NCBI GenBank assembly: GCA_043799105.1
Contig: JAZDOB010000012.1
Location: 1,620-65,619, forward strand
Origin: Candidatus Zambryskiibacteriota bacterium
GTDB taxonomy: Bacteria > Patescibacteriota > Minisyncoccia > Phycocordibacterales > WO2-35-19
Direction: 5' to 3'
Length of the DNA: 64,000 nucleotides
Both the position numbers and the translations under genes were made by a program. Shown here in pieces: positions 60,526 through 64,000 of the stretch. The stretch's first letter is position 1, and each line of letters begins with the position of its first letter. The notes under the pieces are model-generated. The model was given only the letters and a program-made list of their open reading frames with translations. It was not told where the DNA came from and did no database searches.

Positions 60526-60708
60526 TGTAGTAAAGAGCGAGCAGTTCTCCGGCTGGATGGCGTTGAATTATGAACAACCGGAGAGGCTTAGGCTTAAAAC
60601 CCACTCGGCGATGCCGAGAGTTGGGTCCCTCTAATGAGGAGGCCGAAGATGAAAGCTTGCTCTCGGGCCCGCCTGTTGCCAGTGTGCGCAGGTGGGCCCT
60701 TTTGTTTT
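60526..60708 (+). ncRNA. candidate structured small RNA, class unassigned
   Basis: A locally GC-rich stretch between the strong promoter and a terminator (gggcccgcctg..caggtgggccc plus ttttgttttt). Four or five hand-foldable hairpins. Only start-poor overlapping ORFs on both strands. Confidence 0.45.
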
Positions 60709-60807
60709 TACATTTCGCTATACACACTTCCTATTTCATTTCAAAAAATATCGTTGTACAATTCGGGCAAGGTCGTTTTATAAACATTAAAAATTAATTA
60801 TAATTTT

Positions 60808-61017
60808 ATGCAAAAAGTAGCACATTGGCTCCTTATAATCGGAGGTCTCAACTGGCTTTTGTTTGCTCTTTTGAGCAAAGATATTTTTGGGCTCTTGGGT
60901 ATGGATATGGGAGGTTGGTTGCCACGCATAGTCTATATCCTTGTCGGTCTTTCAGCCCTTTTGGCCTTGAAACCAAAATCTTCCGCTCCTATCGCTCCTT
61001 CTGCTCCTCAGATGTAA
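60808..61017 (+). CDS. DUF378-family small membrane protein
   Basis: VAHWLLIIGGLNWLLFAL...IVYILVGLSAL is the typical DUF378 pattern. Confidence 0.7.
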   Translation: MQKVAHWLLIIGGLNWLLFALLSKDIFGLLGMDMGGWLPRIVYILVGLSALLALKPKSSAPIAPSAPQM

Positions 61018-61045
61018 GAAAAAAATCGGATTCTAACTCCCCAAA

Positions 61046-61072
61046 CCCCGCTTAATTTAAGCGGGGATTTTT
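61046..61072 (+). terminator. Rho-independent terminator
   Basis: ccccgcttaa-t-ttaagcgggg followed by attttt. Confidence 0.75.
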
Positions 61073-61135
61073 GGAGTACTTTGCACACTATTTTTTAAAA
61101 ACAAAAAAGCACTTTGATGATTTCTGTCAAATTAT

Positions 61136-61246
61136 TCTAACTCCCTAAATCCCTCTCAACCTAAGAGGGAATTTGTGGAAAAATGCTAATGCATTTTTCT
61201 TCCTTGAACCCCCCCTTAAATTAAGGGAGGGTTCGGGAGAGTTAGG
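61136..61246. repeat. Family A palindromic element (two hairpins), overlaps the 3' end of the DUF559 gene
   Basis: tctaactccctaaat-ccctctcaacctaagaggg-aatttgtgg ... cccccccttaaattaagggaggg-ttcgggagagttagg. Confidence 0.8.
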
Positions 61247-61605
61247 TTATTTATTTCTAACCTGATTTTTTCCAGCATCACTTCTGTATTATTCATCACT
61301 TCACTATTCCAAAACCTAATAATTTTGATATTTGAAGCCTGCAAAATTCTTTCTCTGTCTTTGTCATAGAGCATTGTTTCTTTTTCTATATGTTGACTTC
61401 CGTCAAGTTCAATCCCGAGCCTTATTTTTGGGCAATAAAAATCCAAAATATAACCGCTAACGCCATATTGGCGAAAAAATTTTAATCCGTGAAATTCTTT
61501 ATTGCGAAGAAATAGCCATAATTTTTCTTCAGCTTCGGTCTGTTTGGCTCTTAGTTCCTTTCTGCGTCCTTTAAGTGTTTTGTTGTTGAATATGAATTTA
61601 TTCAC
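61216..61605 (-). CDS. DUF559 (Vsr-like, PD-(D/E)XK superfamily) endonuclease domain protein
   Basis: EEKLWLFLRNKEFHGLKFFRQYGVSGYILDFYCPKIRLGIELDGSQH..DKDRERIL..IKIIRFWNSEV. Confidence 0.8.
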   Translation of the reverse strand: MNKFIFNNKTLKGRRKELRAKQTEAEEKLWLFLRNKEFHGLKFFRQYGVSGYILDFYCPKIRLGIELDGSQHIEKETMLYDKDRERILQASNIKIIRFWNSEVMNNTEVMLEKIRLEINNLTLPNPPLI

Positions 61606-61653
61606 GAAAAGATTATAACTCGTTTTTTACTAAAAAAGATAGGCGTAGCCTAT

Positions 61654-61696
61654 CCACAAATTCCCCCTTAACTTAAGGGGGATTTAGGGGGTTATG
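61654..61696. repeat. Family A half-element, inverted copy of 61136..61178
   Basis: ccacaaatt-cccccttaacttaaggggg-atttagggggttat is the reverse complement of the left half-element, with matching flanks. Confidence 0.8.
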
Positions 61697-61714
61697 TTAT
61701 AATTAAGAGTAAAT

Positions 61715-64000
61715 ATGGAATACAAATTTCCACTGCCTAAAGAGCCATTCAAAAACCCCGAAGATGAAATAACTCATCTGCGTAAATTGATAGCCCAAAA
61801 AGAAAAAGATTTAGAGAATATAGGCCTGAAAAGAGAATCTCTGACGCCGGCCAAAGAAACTTTGGCGCAGTACAAAACTGTTCCCACAGCTTCCACCCTT
61901 CACCCCGAATATGAAGTAAAAAAGGAGGAGATAGAACAAATAGCCATCAAACTTTCTCCCGAAGAACATGACGAGCAAATAAGTGAACTGGTCAGTTTGG
62001 CCAAAGAAAAAGGCATAAAAAACGCCCTTGCTGTTGTTGAAAAAATGGCTAATTTCCACATCACCGATGATTTCCATCGTTTTGTGGCCGAATATTTGAA
62101 AGAGGGTTTTACCATTCCCGGAATCAATGTAAAAGAAAAAATTTCCAAGGGTTTAAATATGTCTTTATATGAAATTTTGATACCGGAAGAAAATGACAAA
62201 GAGGGTGTCAAGAATACTTTGGAGGAAGTTATTTCCGGTATGGAGCAATTTTATGCCGGCATGCTCTCTATTTCCGACACCGGCAAAGCGGAAGAAAACT
62301 GGATGTCTCTGGAAATAGCCAATGCCAATTTTTCCCAAGAAATAATTTTCTATGTGGCGGTGCCGATTCTTAGAAAAAATCTTTTTGAGAAGCAAATTCT
62401 TTCTGTTTTTCATAATGCCAAAATTACCGAAAAACCGGACGATTACAACATTTTCAATGAGACGGGGGTGACTGCTGGCGTTTTTGCCTCCTTTACAAAA
62501 AATCCTATTTATCCTCTGAAAACTTATGAAAGTTTTGTTCACGATCCACTCAACGCCATTCTCTCTTCTTTTTCAAAAGTAAACAGGGACGGAGAGGGGG
62601 CGGCCATCCAGCTTATTTGGTCACCGGCAGGGGATAAGTATGTCAAAAAATACAAAGGAGCTCTAGATAAAATAAAAAAAGGCATTCCGCTCAAAGAGGC
62701 CATAGATATTCCAGATAGTGTTCCCGGAGAAATCATACATACTTTCAAGGATTTGTTTTCATCATCCCCAAAGCCCAAAGAAGAAGAGAGGGATAAAAAA
62801 CCAGAACCTATCGACGAAAACGCAGTATCAGAAATAACCAAGAAAATAGGAGCGCCTATCGTAAAATGCAACTTGCGTCTTTTGGCTTCTTCGGGCACCA
62901 AAGAAGAAGCGGAGGAGATATTGAGCAGTCTTAAATCCAGCTTCAATCAATTTGACAATACTCTGGGCAACGCTTTTAAATGGGAAAAGGCCGAAAAGGG
63001 CAATCTGCGAAATCTGGTTAAGAATTTCAGTTTTCGTGTTTATGACGACGGCTCCGCTCTGCCTATGAATTTGCGAGAGGTTACGAGTATTATGCATTTC
63101 CATACCAAAGCCTTGAGCGCTTCCGAAGGCCTGCGTCAATCAAGGAGCGCTACTGCTCCGGCTCCGCTTGATATAAGCAAAGAAGGAATATTGCTCGGCA
63201 TAAATAACCATCGTAATATCCCGACTGAAATAAGAATGGCCGAACTTGATCGCCTGAGACACTTTTATTGTGTGGGCCAGACCGGCACGGGCAAAACCAC
63301 TTTGCTCAAAGAAATGATCATTCAGGATATGCAAATGGGCCACGGTGTTTGCATGATTGATCCGCATGGCTCCGATTTGCAAGATGTCATAGCCAATGTT
63401 CCGCCAGAAAGATTTGACGACGTGATTTATTTTGATCCGGCTTATACAGCTCGGCCGATGGCCCTCAATATGCTTGAATTTGATGAAAATTTCCCCGAGC
63501 AGAAAACTTTTGTGGTCAATGAACTTTTTAGTATTTTCCAGAAACTTTACGGCGCCATACCGGAATCAATGGGTCCTGCTTTTGAACAATATTTCAGGAA
63601 TTCCGCTCTTTTGGTGATGGAAGATCCCGCCTCCGGCAATACTTTGGTGGATATGTCGCGCGTTCTTTCCGACAAAACTTACAGAGATTTCAAAATAACC
63701 AGGTGTAAAAATCCTCTGGTCAAACAATTTTGGGTTAATGCTGAGAAGACCACCGGCGAACAGGGGCTCGCTAACTACGTCCAATACGTCACCAACAAAT
63801 TTGATGTCTTCCTGGCAAATGATGTCATGCGGCCCGTCATTGCTCAGGAAAAATCTTCTTTCAATTTCCGCGACATTATGGATAACAAAAAAATACTTCT
63901 TGTTAATCTTTCCAAAGGCAGGTTGGGAGATATAAATGCCAACTTAATCGGACTTATCTTGGTAGGCAAGATTCTTATAGCCGCTCTCTCGCGAGTAGAT
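61715..64000 (+). CDS. large FtsK/HerA-superfamily ATPase, TraD/VirD4-like type IV coupling protein candidate; continues past window end
   Basis: Absent from the ORF track because it has no stop. My translation is open for 762 codons: MEYKFPLPKEPF...RHFYCVGQTGTGKTTLLKEMI..VCMIDPHGSDL..ILLVNLSKGRLG. This gives a Walker A plus an IDPHG motif after a roughly 480-aa N-terminal domain. Confidence 0.6.
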   Translation, partial: MEYKFPLPKEPFKNPEDEITHLRKLIAQKEKDLENIGLKRESLTPAKETLAQYKTVPTASTLHPEYEVKKEEIEQIAIKLSPEEHDEQISELVSLAKEKGIKNALAVVEKMANFHITDDFHRFVAEYLKEGFTIPGINVKEKISKGLNMSLYEILIPEENDKEGVKNTLEEVISGMEQFYAGMLSISDTGKAEENWMSLEIANANFSQEIIFYVAVPILRKNLFEKQILSVFHNAKITEKPDDYNIFNETGVTAGVFASFTKNPIYPLKTYESFVHDPLNAILSSFSKVNRDGEGAAIQLIWSPAGDKYVKKYKGALDKIKKGIPLKEAIDIPDSVPGEIIHTFKDLFSSSPKPKEEERDKKPEPIDENAVSEITKKIGAPIVKCNLRLLASSGTKEEAEEILSSLKSSFNQFDNTLGNAFKWEKAEKGNLRNLVKNFSFRVYDDGSALPMNLREVTSIMHFHTKALSASEGLRQSRSATAPAPLDISKEGILLGINNHRNIPTEIRMAELDRLRHFYCVGQTGTGKTTLLKEMIIQDMQMGHGVCMIDPHGSDLQDVIANVPPERFDDVIYFDPAYTARPMALNMLEFDENFPEQKTFVVNELFSIFQKLYGAIPESMGPAFEQYFRNSALLVMEDPASGNTLVDMSRVLSDKTYRDFKITRCKNPLVKQFWVNAEKTTGEQGLANYVQYVTNKFDVFLANDVMRPVIAQEKSSFNFRDIMDNKKILLVNLSKGRLGDINANLIGLILVGKILIAALSRVD

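Noticed and set aside
60630-60657. A hammerhead-ribozyme-like string, CUAAUGAGGAGGCCGAAGAUGAAAGC.
   Set aside because: The core would need CUGAUGA, and the essential G is an A here. The putative stem II is not self-complementary.
60526-60708. Possible glycine, ZTP (pfl), cobalamin, fluoride, c-di-AMP or ykkC riboswitch, or SRP RNA.
   Set aside because: Only short fragments resemble these motifs (GGAGAG, GCCGAAG, CCGCCUG, GCCAGUG). The defining conserved cores I remember for each class are absent. The class is left unassigned pending a covariance-model search.
60518-60797. Overlapping ORFs of 69 aa (minus strand) and 75 aa (plus strand) in the GC-rich segment after tRNA-Glu.
   Set aside because: The two ORFs overlap each other and have Arg/Gly/Pro-rich composition typical of GC artefacts. 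There is no RBS, and the interval is bounded by a promoter and a terminator. I interpret it as an RNA gene candidate instead.
7001-61696. The possibility that the recurring palindromes form a CRISPR array.
   Set aside because: The copies are dispersed over tens of kb and are not regularly spaced. They differ in sequence and orientation and lie inside genes. No cas genes are present.
61811-63784. Minus-strand ORFs (88-135 aa) and short plus-strand ORFs in the last 2.3 kb.
   Set aside because: All overlap a single 762-codon open frame on the plus strand that carries a clear P-loop ATPase domain.

Overview
This is a low-GC, gene-dense bacterial chromosomal window with about 70 CDS, four tRNAs and almost no non-coding space. 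Most housekeeping genes lack a Shine-Dalgarno sequence. Together with the gene content, this suggests a Patescibacteria/CPR (Parcubacteria-like) organism; that assignment is inference, not proven.

Content falls into four groups:
- **Cell wall and division.** murB, an HTH-fused murA, a VanX-like dipeptidase, murD, a class IV aminotransferase, two mreB copies, mreC, mreD, mrdA, murF, the mraZ-rsmH-ftsL-ftsI block, an ftsQ-like gene and a VanY-like carboxypeptidase.
- **Information processing.** rpmG, miaA, parB, rel, topA, dprA, serS, dus, fmt, def, priA, holB, frr, proS, greA, lysS and hpf.
- **A roughly 12-kb fermentative redox island.** A two-subunit [NiFe] hydrogenase with an SDR, a maturation protease and HypC-like genes; a 2-oxoacid:ferredoxin oxidoreductase; an ADP-forming acetyl-CoA synthetase; a ferredoxin with an FAD reductase; and NifS/NifU/Nfu.
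- **Several more GC-rich islets** whose genes carry a strong Shine-Dalgarno sequence.

The observations most worth a second look:
1. A 276-nt group I (IC3-like) intron splits the anticodon of a tRNA-Asn(GUU) gene.
2. Several families of short palindromic repeats sit in intergenic DNA and also in frame inside essential genes (miaA, topA, dus, nifS, fmt, murD, hydrogenase large subunit). This resembles Rickettsia palindromic elements. One DUF559 endonuclease gene is bracketed by 43-bp inverted copies.
3. An XRE-HTH::MurA fusion sits next to a perfect palindrome in a 36-bp divergent murB/murA spacer.
4. A roughly 180-nt GC-rich structured RNA candidate has a consensus promoter and terminator. I could not assign it to a class.
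5. A minimal hydrogenase operon is paired with an SDR and with N-terminally extended HypC-like paralogs.
6. The ClpB-like and PriA proteins have degenerate ATPase motifs.
7. A conserved hairpin leader ends exactly at the start codons of dus and proS.

No CRISPR array, rRNA gene, transposase or integrase was seen.
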